Below are positions 13,110-25,900 of a DNA stretch of 64,000 bases, one piece after another; the first letter of the stretch is position 1; the number at the start of each line of letters is the position of its first letter. A program made the translations under genes and the position numbers. This DNA is from Takakia lepidozioides (taxonomy: Eukaryota; Plantae; Bryophyta), in contig CM060732.1 of assembly GCA_030704615.1 (NCBI GenBank), positions 6,758,001 to 6,822,000 on the forward strand, given 5' to 3'. Below the pieces are notes generated by a model that did no database searches, was not told the DNA's origin, and saw nothing but the letters and a program-made list of their open reading frames with translations.

Positions 13110-16100
13110 TCACTGGTCCCCTGGATCCATATTCAGAAGAGTGTGAACCTCCTGGGGGCTCAACCCTGGTGCATGTATGAAGTGATGAGTTGTGGAATTA
13201 CAACGGAGTCTCTTTAGGTACACGTAGTACAAATGCTTGCAAGGGCAGTATGATGCCCCCTTGTTCGCCATGATCTGGAAGTCGGTGCAATTGCAGGTGG
13301 GTAATTCTGAAATGGTGATGGTGTACACCTCATTGCGAACAGCTGAGCCCGCCGTGGCCATCTGATACACACGCCCGAATCCTGGTGGGGGCACTTCTGT
13401 CGAGCTCTGGATTGTACAGTTCATCCGAAGTGCATTCCCCATCCTTGTCTCGTTCACTTTTGAGGGAGGTCGCCGCCTCTTCGGTTTCCCCCAACGGTGT
13501 GTAGGATGTTTAGAGCTGTCGTGTCCCATTGTTCTTGCTCTCACAGGGGTCGGTGGTGGAGGCTGTGGAAGCGGAAATGGTTCTCTGGGGACGTCAATGC
13601 GCTGCACCATCCGAAATCCTGCGGCGGTAAGGGCGTCGGCCTCAACCTGACTCAGATCGCAGCCTGGTTCCACCGGCCACACCGGGGGAGCCTCTGGCAT
13701 TGTTTGTATGTTGTACTTGGGCTTTTTATACACGCAAGTCATAATGTCGTGCCTGCAGAACCAGAACTGGGTGGTTGTCGCCTCCGCAAACTTTGCATGG
13801 ACAAATCTTCCTGTAAAAGTAGGAGCAGGGACAGCCCCATCTGGATTCCTCCCTATCATCTCTAAACAACGTTGCCGTGTATCCACACGAATTGCGGAAC
13901 ACCTTCCTCGAAACGACGGCTTTGTGCGAGCAATTCTCCACTGTGATGTAGACACAGTCGTCTCCACAATGGCTTGGCCATACCGCATAACAGCGGGCGG
14001 AATGTGGGGCAAGGGAGCGGTGGGAATTTTTGCACGAAATCCCCGGTTGAAGGCGACGGCGATCTGGAATTTCTTGGGCTTCCACTGCTGGAAGACACAT
14101 TGTGCGGCAACATGACGAGACCTCGAGGTGCTGTCCGAATGTTCCTGTCGGATCTCCAGGAATCCTCTTCGCACCCGGGTTCCTCTTCAATCCTCCGCTT
14201 GACAGGGCGAGTCCGGACGTCCCCCTCTAGGTGTTCACCTCTGCGGTGCAGAGGCGTCCCTTTGATCTTCTCTCGCAATGCTGTCGCCCATTTCACTGGA
14301 TTCTTGGACCTCGAAGCTGTTCGTACCAACAATTCCTCCCTGTCCGGCCCAAAGCCCCATTGTTTGCCGCTCAGGAACTTGTAGTACGTGGCTTGCTGCA
14401 TGATTGCTCTGTCGATGTCCTCCGTTGTGGCCGTCACTACGTCCACCAGATGTGCGGCAGAAGATGCTCGCCAGGAGGAGTGAAGTATTTTAGAACACCG
14501 GATCCACGCTGGATACACCTACGGTTGGGCAATAAAAAGTCAGGGGATAGGAAGTATGCCACAGAGGCTGCAACACATTGGAGGAAGGGTGTTTGGTGTG
14601 CAAAATGTCAGAATGAAGGCCATACCACGAGCACATTGGTTACCAACACTGGTTTATGTGATAGCTTTGCTATCCATTAAGCGAGTAGAGTTTGAAGGCT
14701 AGGAGGAAAGGAAAGTGAATGTTTACACTCATATGCATGAAGAGCTTGTACTGGTAAAGAATTGGATTCCTAAGGATATTCTGTGGATCAAACTCACACC
14801 AAGAACAACTTTTTAGACTTGTTTGCCATATGGTTATATGGTAACGGAGACTTCTAGTATAGCCAAGGGTGCATTGAAGCTTGAAAGAAACCCAGGCATA
14901 TACGAGAGATACTACAGAAGAGAGTTTTGGTTATTGCCACATTAAAGAAATGAAATACATGGGACATGAGTAATGAAAGAGAAGCTAGACTCCAGAGATA
15001 TTCAGCAAAAAGAGAAAGTTATTTGAAAGCTAATTATCCATATCTTTGGGAGAGAGAGTAGACATAGGGGAATCATCTGGACCTCTCACACCATTAAGAT
15101 CAAAGAGTACATCACCTATACCGGAAGAACTAGAGTTGGATGCTACTCATTCTTATTCTTTGCAAGAAAGATTAAGGGAATTGGTACAGGAAGAAGATCA
15201 ACCGCGAGATGAAAGATCTGAGGTACATCCCTGGATAAAAGATTTGACAGAAATCTTTGATAAGAGTTGGCATGGAACACCAAAAGCAGGAACTCCAGTT
15301 TCTGAAACGGAAGATGAAGAAGGAGGAGAGGATGTGGCAGAGCCAACGGAGAGTTCAGACTCTCCAACACCATTGCAATTGAGTTACATGAGTGAAGAAG
15401 AAGAAACCCAAGGGCATAACTTGGAAGATGAAAACAGAGAGAAGAAATTGGAAGATGAAGAGTATGAAGAAGTAGACCCAACAACTGAGGTTGAGACTAC
15501 AACCAAGATATCCCAACCCGTTGGATCTGGATCAAGTGGAGCACTTGGATCACAGGCCAACGAAGGTGTCGGCTCAGGGGGATCGGGCGGGCAGCCTGGA
15601 TCTGACTCTGGGGAGGCAGGGAGTGTGGGAAGTAGTGCAACTGGAGCTGGGAATATTGTGAATATAGTGGGGCCAGTAGCAGGGAGTGCTCAGGGGCTAG
15701 CACTTGTTGGAAGTTCCACCACAACTACAACAGGTCCTCAAGGACCAGCACCTGTCAGTCGGCAGGGGGTAGGGCCACAGATGGCGTTACAACCAACACG
15801 GGCTAAACCACATTTTCCAATATATTCAGGAAAAAGGGATCCTGATGTACACATTAGCCAATTTGAGCACATGTGTATTGTGAACAATGAGAATGGCGAT
15901 GATGCCAAGATGAGACTGTTTCCTTGTTCACTTATAAAGAAAGCAAGTAGAAAAATGGATGAATGTATAATGGATGTTGAGCAATGACAAAAATTCATGA
16001 CAGGAAGATGCATGACCAAAACTTTTGACGAATGCACAACGTATATGAAATGAGTGTGGAAGGTTTGTGGGGTGGATTAAAGAGTACAGAGGATGAATGT

Positions 16101-18616
16101 ACAATGGATGTTGAACAACGGAAAGCATTCATGAATGGAGCACGCATGAATACACTGTAGATGAATGCACAATGGATATGAGAAGAGTTAGGGAGGTTTG
16201 TGAGATGGATTCATACATATTGCAATTTAAATGAAAGTTGATTCTGTGATTATTATTTGTTCTAAAGGTAATTACGGTGGAGGAAGGGGATTCAACGTTT
16301 TCCAGGTAGTATGAAAATGAACATTAAAAGAATATAGTTCAGTCTGACTCAGAGTCAGTACAATGTATCCCCGCTTCCTCTGCATCGATTCTGCCATATT
16401 CGTGTTCGGCATGTCCGTGTCGGAATCCAAGCACCGCTCCTAGAAGGACACAAACAATGGTGAGGGACCAATCGAAATGTCCGTAACAGAAAGACAAATG
16501 AACGAAATTGACAGCAGCCTACCTCCCGCATGTACTGTCCGAACTGTCGATACCGAAAATGCCACCACCCCAACCAGCTGTGCAATGCTCCCAGATTGGT
16601 TGTCTCCACTGCACCTGACGTGTTCCACCAAGCCTCGATGATAGCAAACTTAACCTCCGCGTCATCAAATGTGGGTGCATCCTTCCACGCCGTACAAAGG
16701 ACACGGTGTTCAGCCTGGAATGAGCTAGCAACAAATTTGGTAGTGTAGTGGGATAGACTCTGCATCCAATGGAATCCACAGGATCTCTCTTTCCCCTCCA
16801 TTGGAACATTGGGGTCCTCACCGTACACACGCCGCACCGCTGCCCAGTTGGCCTGAGCGTTGTCTGCCATGAATCCCCTGAAATTGGGCTCTGGCAATCC
16901 CGCCCTTGCCATCTGCTCGTTTATGCCCTCCCACAGATGCATCTCGGACTGTGTGTCCTCCCCTTTCATCTCGCAGATTGCAATCGTCATGAGCCTCTTG
17001 GAGTGATAGTCATAAACATGCGCACCCATAGTCACCCACTGATGGTTTGTAATTTGCTTGATGTGATCAAACATCACCCAAGCATTCGACAAGTTTCCAG
17101 TTGTCATGCGAGTGACCAAGTCGACTCCACTCCCAGGCCCACACGTCGACATTTTGAAAATGTAACAACGATCGGATTCGTTGCCTTACCCTGGAAACCT
17201 GCTACCTTGGATGTAGTCATATCTAGTCATTCGTTTCACCTCCAGGATTGAGTACATGTCCGACCCCCTGCCGAACTCCTGCTTGCAAGATACGATGTGA
17301 TTCCGCACATTCGGACTACAAACGTGCGAGACGGACTCCAAGAGGTCACGCATCTCGTCTTCGGTCAAGGGCTCTCGGTCGGAACCATCTTCAGACATGA
17401 TTTTGCCAAGAGCAATCTTGTGGGCTGCCTTCAGCTGAATCTGCTTTGGTCTAGCTCCGGGGCTCAATTTCACCTCCTCTTTTATGATGTCGTGTGCTTC
17501 CTGCACAGCCTCACGCATGTTGCCTCTCGCCAAGGGGTGGCAGTGGACCCCAACGTGTATGCAAGCTCTAGTCAAGTCCGGGAGCAAATGAATAACGTAA
17601 TATTGCTTGGCTCTGCACATGGACATGCACGTCGGTGGTTCTTTGCAATGTGCACACTTGAAAGAACCCGCAGGAGCTTGGCTGGAGACAATGAATGGAT
17701 GATGCGTTGTGCCAGTCCAATCCGTCTTGTTTCTCCGCCCTCCTTTGGAGAGAAAGTGGAAGCAGGTGGGATTGAGGCACCTCAGCTTCCCCGCACAGAG
17801 GACATATCGTACACGAACACCATCAGCAATTTTCGTGCTACTGGTCTTCGTCACACACCAGGGGTGTCCGTCATGCTTTCGATCCATGTCTGTTAACATC
17901 CCGGAGGCTTTGTTTGACGAAGAAACAGGTGGAAACTCGAAGATGACATTGCCATCGACTTCGGGAGGCAGAAACGTTACCTTTCTGACTGGGAATCTGG
18001 CATAGTCGAGAGCAGCCAGCTCGGAGCGAGAACCATCGAGGTGATGTTGTCGTAGGAGCTGCACAATGGACCGGGTTGGAGTTATGCTTGAGGGCACATG
18101 CCTAGCACCTACAGAGACGTCCATGCCGGATTTGAACGACCGTGTGGAGGACATGGGTACCTCAATGCAATCATCTTCCTCGTCGGAAATGTCGAATACG
18201 TCCACACGAGAAGCTATGGAGGGTCTTGACAGTCCAGGTCGGGAATGATTATCGTTGCATACCTCTCTGTTGGCAGTGGCCGCCTCTCGGTTTCCGGACT
18301 CCTTTGTGGATGGTGTGGGCAGCGACTGATTCGGAAAGGGAATGGGCATTCCCACAGCTCGGTACAGGATGGTGTCTGATGGGGGTACGTGCCATTCGAT
18401 TCCGCAACCTCCGTCGTTACCTAGCACGACAATGGTCTCGTCAACCTGTCTAGGAACATCCTTCCTTTCTTCTTCCAAATAAACTGTGCCCAGTTTGAGC
18501 TTGAATTTGGAACAAAGGTAAGTTTTAGTCACTCTGCAAAGTCCTCCCTCGTTTGGGATCCAGGCTCTCCCAAGTTGCGGAGGACAGCAAACTATAGCGT
18601 AGGAATTCGGAGCCAT
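13110..18616 (-). pseudogene. MULE transposase, subfamily A copy, disrupted by a stop at 17186, an insertion at 14483-16385 and a frameshift near 14030
   Basis: ORFs 17186-18820, 16355-17152, 13862-14518 and 13110-14174 are almost identical in protein sequence to 5482-9088. Confidence 0.9.
14483..16385 (+). other. Patchwork filler insertion containing Tat-like gag fragments
   Basis: Replaces 3 nt (GAC) of the transposase with no TSD. 14550-14628 matches gag ~57260-57337 (rc). 14629-15950 matches the 5' leader and gag N-terminus of the Tat-like elements. The remainder is unassigned. Confidence 0.8.
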
Positions 18617-19033
18617 CGAAGACCGCACGAAGTTGGCAAGTGCGAGGTTCAGTATAGCGACAGACCAAGGCTCACAGGCACCATGCGGAGTCCATCGACG
18701 ATTGGAAGTCGCACATTGAAGTGGAAAGTCTTGTTTCAAGCTACATGCATGAAGGTGGGAGGTTTGATTCCATAGCCAGTAAGTATGACAATGATGACCG
18801 ATTCGGCGACGAAATAACATCTCCTGACAGTTTCTCCTGAGGGTGGATCCAGCAGTATTCTCGGTGCAGACAGGAACGTTCGCACTGACAAATGCGAGTA
18901 TTGTTAGTTAAAACGGTCAGACAACCAAGTTGTGCTCATCAAGACTGGCCGCAATTGTGTTGTTTTGGAACAATGCAACCCATTCAAGTTCCAGATTTCC
19001 CGTCCCGAGTGATTCTTTCGATTGCTGGTGGAC

Positions 19034-19374
19034 GGAAATACGGCGCCGCATTTCCGTATTGCATCTTGGTCATGCACCAGAGCGACGGAAATGCGGCACC
19101 GAGTTTCCGTCCGGGGGAAACCTTTATACTCTCCAAAACGGAAATGCGGTAACGCATTTCCATCCAGCAAGCACGGTATGTGAAGGTGGAACGGAAATGC
19201 GGTACCGCATTTCCGTTCTGATTGAGAATTATGAACAACGGGAACAGAAATGCGGCACCGCATTTCCGTCCGAGTCGCACTTTTCCGACATTCCAGAACG
19301 GAAATGCGGCGCCGCATTTCCATTTTGTATCTGATGCATGGAGCTGAGGGATAGAAATGCTGCAACACATTTCC
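19034..19374. repeat. Truncated subfamily-A 53-bp palindrome array
   Basis: About 7 GGAAATGCGGYRCCGCATTTCC units, reverse complement of ~4713-5052. Confidence 0.9.
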
Positions 19375-19758
19375 GTCCTTAAAAGACAGACGTGGCTGCT
19401 TACACATCTGCTCGTGCATAGTGGTTGCATGTTCCACCGCTTCGCTCTCTCGCTCCTTGCCCTTCTGTAGTGACATTCTCCTGCGTTTCCTCTCCTTATG
19501 CGGCATAGTGGTAGCATAGAGTTTGTGGAAGGTCAGGCAACTCCGGCAAAGAGAAGGAGGACGCGGGATTTTGGGAAGCCGCCGACGACATGACTTAAGC
19601 TCCGTCTCATGCATGAAATGCAGACCTCGTTATCCGGAGACTCGGATCGCCACCAGTGAGAGATTCGTGCTTTGCGGATATGAAGCACTCCATATGCAAT
19701 ATTCCTTTTACACCTTTTTTTTTGCGTGCAGTGTCTCATGTTTTCCTGTTTGTTTGAC

Positions 19759-20799
19759 ATGGGAGCTGGGGAGGGATCGCAGGGGGGCGAAGCAACACAA
19801 TCAACTTTGGATACTCCTGCCCGGGTGCTGCGCTCGCAAGGTGGAAGTGCATCAAGGCAGGCGAGTCCTCATTCAACACCTCAGATATCGCCTCAGAAAA
19901 GCCCACCTAGAGTTCGGAAGTCGAGGAAGCAGAAGGAGCCCATGGCTTCGCCAGTAAAACCCCTAGGGAGACTGGAAGCGGAGATATTGGGTTTGCAGTC
20001 AATTTCAAAAAACACGAATGCGGTGGAGGCCGCTGGAGATGTGGGAGTTGGATCTGCAGAAGGGCGGCCCATTGAGCTGACAGAAGGAGAGGACGACAAC
20101 GTGGTACGACTTGGCGACGATCAGAACCTGCTGGAGCTTGCGGAGAAGCAAAACCTCCAGGACATTTCCTTCTCTGCAGACTCTTATCTTTCAGGCATTT
20201 TGCTTCGTGAAGAAACATTAGAAATTCAAATTACGTGAAACAGGAAGACTTGTTGATTCCACAGTTGATCCACTGGAGTATAACGTCCTGTTCAACCATG
20301 TGGGAGAGAAGGACATTCTTTGTGATTTGTCGGGCAAGCCATGGAGGTATGGCAGGACCAGGAGTCCTGCATTCATCCCAGACGCTCATGGAAACATGTA
20401 CGGATGTTGAAGGCAGGGTCCTCGACATCACTGCAAATACAGGTGAGAACGTTAATTGAATGCGGCACCAAAATTGACACCATTTCCGTTTGTGTATGTT
20501 TGCTTGTGCGAGGAAGCGACTCATTCTTGAGTTTGGTTGTGGTTGTGTCGTATGAATTTGCAGGTGCCTGTATGTGGGCGGGAAGGATGTCGAACCGATT
20601 TGTGTTTTCATTTGAGGGGGATACGGCCTTGTACGATTACAATTTGGCGGGCCTTCAGCGTTTGCCTCCGACTGAGGATCCCAAAAACGCAAAAGATGAC
20701 GTGGAAGGGGAGGAGGAAGATGAAGAGGAGGAAGTCCAGGAAATTCGTTCGATGCAGGGGCGCCCGAAGCCGCTTCCCCCAATGCCTGTCTTCGAGTGA
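19759..20799 (+). pseudogene. Internally deleted ParB-methyltransferase gene (subfamily B); ParB domain and motif IV removed
   Basis: Matches 36084-36489 fused directly to ~39744-40375. Confidence 0.85.
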
Positions 20800-22043
20800 G
20801 TTGCACCATAGTAAGTGTATTGGTTTCGGTTGTAGGGACCATGCAACCTGCCGATGATTCCCTGTTTGAATTCTCTAATGTACTTCATTCTATGTTTGTG
20901 CGTACACTCAGCCTTGCAGAGTCGTCCGACGAGGAGAAGCTGGGAGACTTGCCCGAATCGGACCCTGTTGCAGAGGAGGAGACAGAATCGCATCGGCCAT
21001 TCTTTGCCAGAAAATCGTTTTTCGCGAGTCCCCAGAAGCCTTTTTTTCTACCAGCCTATGCAGACACGGCTGCCAGAGAAGCCATCAGGAGGGAGGATAG
21101 GCCTACTCGGTTAGAGCAATTGACATACGGGAATGAGCAGAGAATTATAATGAGTCGTGAGGCCAAACATAGAATTGTGAAAGGCAGAGTAGGGAAGTTC
21201 GTAATAGAATCCGCGTCCGAGAGCGAGGGGAATGTTGAGGACACTTCCGCACCCAGGTGGACAGTTCCGGCTGGTGAGGATGGTATTTTTGAGGGGAGGG
21301 CTTCTCAGAGTAACAGCGGTAGCGACAGTGCAGGTTCGGAGGCAAGTGGAAGGCAGCCATCCTTGCATGAGGCCGGGGATGCATCGGACAGTGATAGCGG
21401 ATCCTCACCATAGCAAAGTCTCATTTGGATCCTTTTGTTGTACAGTTCTGAAACACTTAATGAAAATATTGACGATTTGAAAAATCATTGTGTTCAGACT
21501 GCTTGTCCGATTCCCTACATTTCTTCCGCCAACCAAAATGTATAATAAAAGCAGAAGAGACGCAAACTTCAGTGAAGAACCCTACAAGTAATTTATGCAC
21601 ACCATCGAGCCGAGAACTTGAAGCCATGAAAACCCTGCCGTTTCTAACATTCCTATTGGGAAATTTGGCGCCGAAATAGCCCAATGCGTGCCTTCGTTAT
21701 ATGGGCCTCAAAAATTCCGCGGATGAATTACTGTACCAAAATATCGCGATGGAAGCCTTCAGCACAAGGCACTTCAGCACATTCCACTTGGGTATTTCGG
21801 CGCCCAAATAGCCCGTTCTGCGCCATTAAATACCGCACTATATCACATTTTAAGAGGTAATTTCGGTGCCGAAATACCCCGGTGGATGTCTTCAAAACAC
21901 CATTTTAGCACACTGCTCTTGGGAATAACGGCGCCGAAATACCTCATTCCGCATCCTGGACCAGGAGAAACAGACCCTATTACCGAGGTAAGAGGACATA
22001 ACACCGTCAATAAAGGCAGGAAAATTCCAATTCCGCGGATGTC

Positions 22044-22105
22044 CGCTCATGAGCTCATAGGCTCATGGGCTCATGGGCTCATGCGCTCATGAAATAGTAA
22101 ACCTC
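22044..22105. repeat. Right TIR of element C
   Basis: GCTCATG cluster plus GAAATAGTAAACCTC. Confidence 0.85.
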
Positions 22106-24270
22106 TGGGTCAGACCAGATGGCGCTTAAAAAAATCAAGCTATCAGCCTGGCTAGCCCCTCTCATTCCATCGCAAGCAATTGTGTTTTTACAGGAACACA
22201 AGCTATGTGATAGGAAAATTCTTAATCTAACCAATCAATTATGGCCCCAATCTGCTACTCTCTGGAAACCCTCCCGCGATGGCACTGCCATCCTCCTCTC
22301 CCCCTCGCTTCATCAATACCTCCTAAAAGATGAGTTCTGGGAAGTAGGTAGAGTTCAGTTTTTCTCTCTCCTATTCCCCAATGACTCAGATCCTACGGGT
22401 TTCATCAGCATCTATGCCCCAAACTCTCTGCCAGAAAGAATCGCCATTTGGAATAAGCTTAATAACCACATGATAGACCAACCTTCAATCCACAAATGGG
22501 TCTTAGCATGGGGTTTCAATATGGTTGAAAACTTGCAAGATAGAAAAGGCCCTGGCTCAAATCACCTAAACCCAGAAGAAGACCAATCCTGACAATCTCT
22601 AACCCAAACTCACAGTCCGGTAGAAACTGACAGGCCTCCTTGTAATCCTTGTAGCTCGGCCCCCTTCTTCACCTGGACAACTAACAGAGGTGTCAATGAT
22701 CTTTGTATGGCTAGACTATATTGTTTCTATCCCTCACTCTCCCTTCTACCTTCTATCTCATCTTGTCCTCATGAACCTATCCCCCAAGGCTTCGACCATG
22801 CCCTTATCTCGGCCACCCTCAAACTTGCCAACTCCTACCCAAGAGGAAGGGGAATTTTCAAACTCAATTCCCCTCACCTACGCATCCCATCCTTTGTTGA
22901 TGGCCTCAAAACAACATGGCTTGAGGCTGGTAATCTCCTCACCTGTGACTAGATTTCAAGCCAAACTCGGAGCAGCCTGCAAAGCGGGTCAAAACCTTAG
23001 CCAAGAAATTACAGCAGCTCAGAAGAAGAAGGCCCTCGCGCTAAAGAAATGCCTTGGAATTTGTCAGAAGAAAATAGAAGTGCATACCTGTGATGACCAC
23101 ACCTTTTATACTTATCTTGAAGCGCGCCTCAATCTAGACAGCTACCAGTTAATGCAAGAGAACAAAATGAAGATGCAGGCAGGCATTAACTGGTCTACCA
23201 AGGGCGCGAAGATGTCGAAGTACTTCTTTCAGAAAATGAAGTAGCGCAGAGCTCTTCAAGCAATCTCGGAGCTTTACATTGCCCCCGATGGTCCTAAATC
23301 TTCCGACCCCCGTGATATGTGCGCCTCTGCCTTCAGGCACTTTGAAGCATTATTCTCAGCTGACCCTAAAAGCCCTCTCTACCAGGTAGGCCTCCAGGAA
23401 TGCCTCAGCACCATCCCCCAAACCCAAAAGCCAGCAGACTCCATATCTCTTGAGGCCGAGTTTACTCCAAGAGCTCGGGGATGCTCTGTGCATGATGAAA
23501 AAGTAACACTTGGCTCCAGGGTTAGATGGTATGCCTGTGGAATTCTACAAAGCCTTGTGGCAACACATATCTGAAGATTTCTGCAAAATGGCCAACGCTA
23601 TCAAAGCTAGAGGCAGCATGCCAGAGCTATGACTTAGGGTGTCATCACTCTGCTCTTCAAGAAGGGAGACAAGGCCAATATCGGTAACTACAGGCCCATC
23701 ACTCTCCTAAATGTTGTTTACAAAATCATAGCAAAGTCCTTGGTGCTCCATATCCAACCGTTTCTCCCTTCTATGATCCGCACGGGTCAAGTAGGTTATG
23801 TCAAAGGCAGATTCATTCTTGATAATGTTCTCTTGGCTCAAGAGGCATCCAGCTACGCTGCCAGTTATAATCAAGCTCTGGCCCTTCTGCTCTTAGACTT
23901 TGAGAAAGCCTTCGATAGAGTTGACGGGTCATTCCTCTCAGCGGTTCTCAAGAAATCGGGTCTCCTAGACGGCTTCTGCAGCTAGGTTAATATTCTTCTC
24001 CAGGGAGCTCCTAGCAGGGTTGCAATTAACGGGCACCTTTCCAAGCCTTTTCAATTGCAAAGGTTGGTCAGGCAGGACTGCCCCCTAGCCCCCTTCCTTT
24101 TCCTCTTTGTGGCAGATCATGCCCTAGGCTACATGCTAGAGGATAACCTTCTAGTTCGAGGTTTGAGGCTCAATAACACTAAGACCCTGTTGTGGAGGCA
24201 AGTCAAAGACTCCATGTTTATCGACGACACATTTCTTTTCTTCAAGCGGACCCCGCAACCCTGGCTACTG
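22106..24270 (+). pseudogene. L1-type LINE ORF2 remnant (APE endonuclease and reverse transcriptase), truncated at both ends
   Basis: IVFLQEHKL, SIYAPN, GFNMVE, NYRPITLLN, LLLDFEKAFDRVD, RQDCPLAPFLF, MFIDDT, with many stops and frameshifts. Confidence 0.9.
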
Positions 24271-25403
24271 TAGAAGGCGTATTGATGCAGAACCATTTTT
24301 TGAGGAGGACCGGGGTGACACTTTTTGGTGTCCACCTTGCCACAACATTCTCTGTGGTCTTCCCTCTTGTGGCAAGGACCACCATACATCCACCATCATC
24401 CAGGAGCATCCCCGCCAGCCCAAACCCGGCTCTCCAGTAGTCCTCCGTAAACCTGTTCCAGGTGGGCACACCATCCAAGCCTCTAGCAGGTCCCCATCTG
24501 GAATATCGAGGAGAATCATATCGCAGGCTCTCTCCACCACACCCCCCCCCCCCGAGTGCTCTTGCAATCCGTGCTCACAGCCGTGAAGAATTCCATCATG
24601 GCTTCCCCCCCCCCCGAGTGCTCTTGCAATCCGTGCTCATAGCCGTGAAGAATTCCATCATGGCTTCCAAACCAGGGGTGTCTTTAAGCTTTGTAGCAAC
24701 AGCCGTCTTCTTGGCTTTCCCCTTCAGCTCCTCCAGAGACTTGCTGTGTGCCACCTTCTTCGCCTTGGCAGCCAGAGCGTCAAGGAAGCTCTCATTGACG
24801 CATTGGATGATAGTTGGGGATTCTAGCTTTGGCCTCTGCGGAAACGTCACCGCCGAATACCGCCGTGTAGGCTCGCCCTCAAATGCCAACTTCTTGGCAG
24901 AGCCAGTCCTAGTCCGAACTGACTTGGGAACCCGGACGACCGGTGACTTGGTAGCAGCAGCAGCAGTCGCAGGACCTTGCACAAAGTTGTCGTCGGAGTC
25001 ACTCCCTTGGGGCCCCTCCTGCGCCTCCTCTGGTGCCCCGGTGGTTTTCTGTTTTTTGGGGGTTACTTTACTCCCTTGTTTCCGTGTCCTTTTCATTTGT
25101 CCTTTATTCTTCTCATTCAATTTCTCTTGAATACCTGCCTGAGCAAGCTCTGCCGCTTTCCTGGACTTGGCAAGCGCTTTTGCCTCCTTTGGACCCAGCG
25201 GAGCCCGGTTTCGTCGGGCCTTGGATGAGTCGAGTGAACCGGGCGAAAGGCACATACCAAGGGCAGTCGCGCAAATGCTCCAGATGCCACTCCTTCACGA
25301 TAACGTCAGTGTACATGGACTCAGCTCAGGGTTCCTCCATACGAGGAAGAATGGCCGCTCGAAGGACAGATGACCTTTCTCCAACAGGGAGAACTTACAG
25401 TAC
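24265..25403 (-). pseudogene. Fragment of the ParB-methyltransferase gene of a fourth subfamily (E), exon 6 equivalent including MTase motif IV region
   Basis: KEWHLEHLRDCPWYV, PTIIQCVNESFL, DTPGLEAMMEFF, ACDMILLDIPDG, YWRAGFGLAGMLLDDGGCMVVLA align with 38526-39662. Contains a ~63-bp tandem duplication near 24541-24665. Confidence 0.85.
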
Positions 25404-25434
25404 CTGCATTCAAAAAACACAGACAGAATCACAT

Positions 25435-25862
25435 CCATTTTTCCAGGCTGGGTCCGAAAATGGCTAAGTCCTAGATCTGACTGGGCCCGGAACTGGAATA
25501 TGTGCCATCCGCCCCAGGGACTATGCCATTTTCGGACCATGTACTGGAAAAATGGCGCCATTTTTCCAGTACAGGGTCCGAAAATGGCTAAGTCCCAGAA
25601 ATGACTGGGCCTGGAACTGGAAAAATGGCGCCGAATTTCCAGAATATGTGCCATCCGCCCCAGGGACTTAGCCATTTTCGGACCCTGTACTGGAAAAATG
25701 GCGCCATTTTTCCAGTACAGGGTCCGAAAATGGCTAAGTCCCAGAACTGACTGGGCCCGGAACTGGAAAAATGGTGCCGAATATCCAGACTGTGCCAGCC
25801 ACCCCCGGGGCTTAGCCATCCGCCCCATGGCCGGAAACAGGAAATTCGGCGCCATTTTTCTA
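25435..25862. repeat. Intronic array of GGAAAAATGGCGCCATTTTTCC-type palindromes, 73-bp period
   Basis: GGYGCC centres at 25554, 25627, 25700, 25773, 25848. Lies upstream of the splice acceptor at ~25404. Confidence 0.9.
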
Positions 25863-25900
25863 GGGGCTTCACAACTAATTTTCATGCGCCACATAAGACA

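Larger units (their letters stand above)
12355..22105. mobile_element. Chimeric, internally deleted MULE (C): subfamily-A transposase half joined to a deleted subfamily-B ParB-MTase half; right TIR at 22105
   Basis: 12355-19378 is a near-identical inverted copy of ~4711-9845 (apart from the insert at 14483-16385). 19388-20164 matches 35715-36489. 20165-22105 matches ~39744-41679. The left end is not identified and may lie upstream of the window. Confidence 0.8.

Noticed and set aside
4711-19378. Giant terminal inverted repeats of one foldback element
   Set aside because: The arms are two transposase copies; the left copy has its own TIR at 9933 and the right copy continues into subfamily-B sequence.
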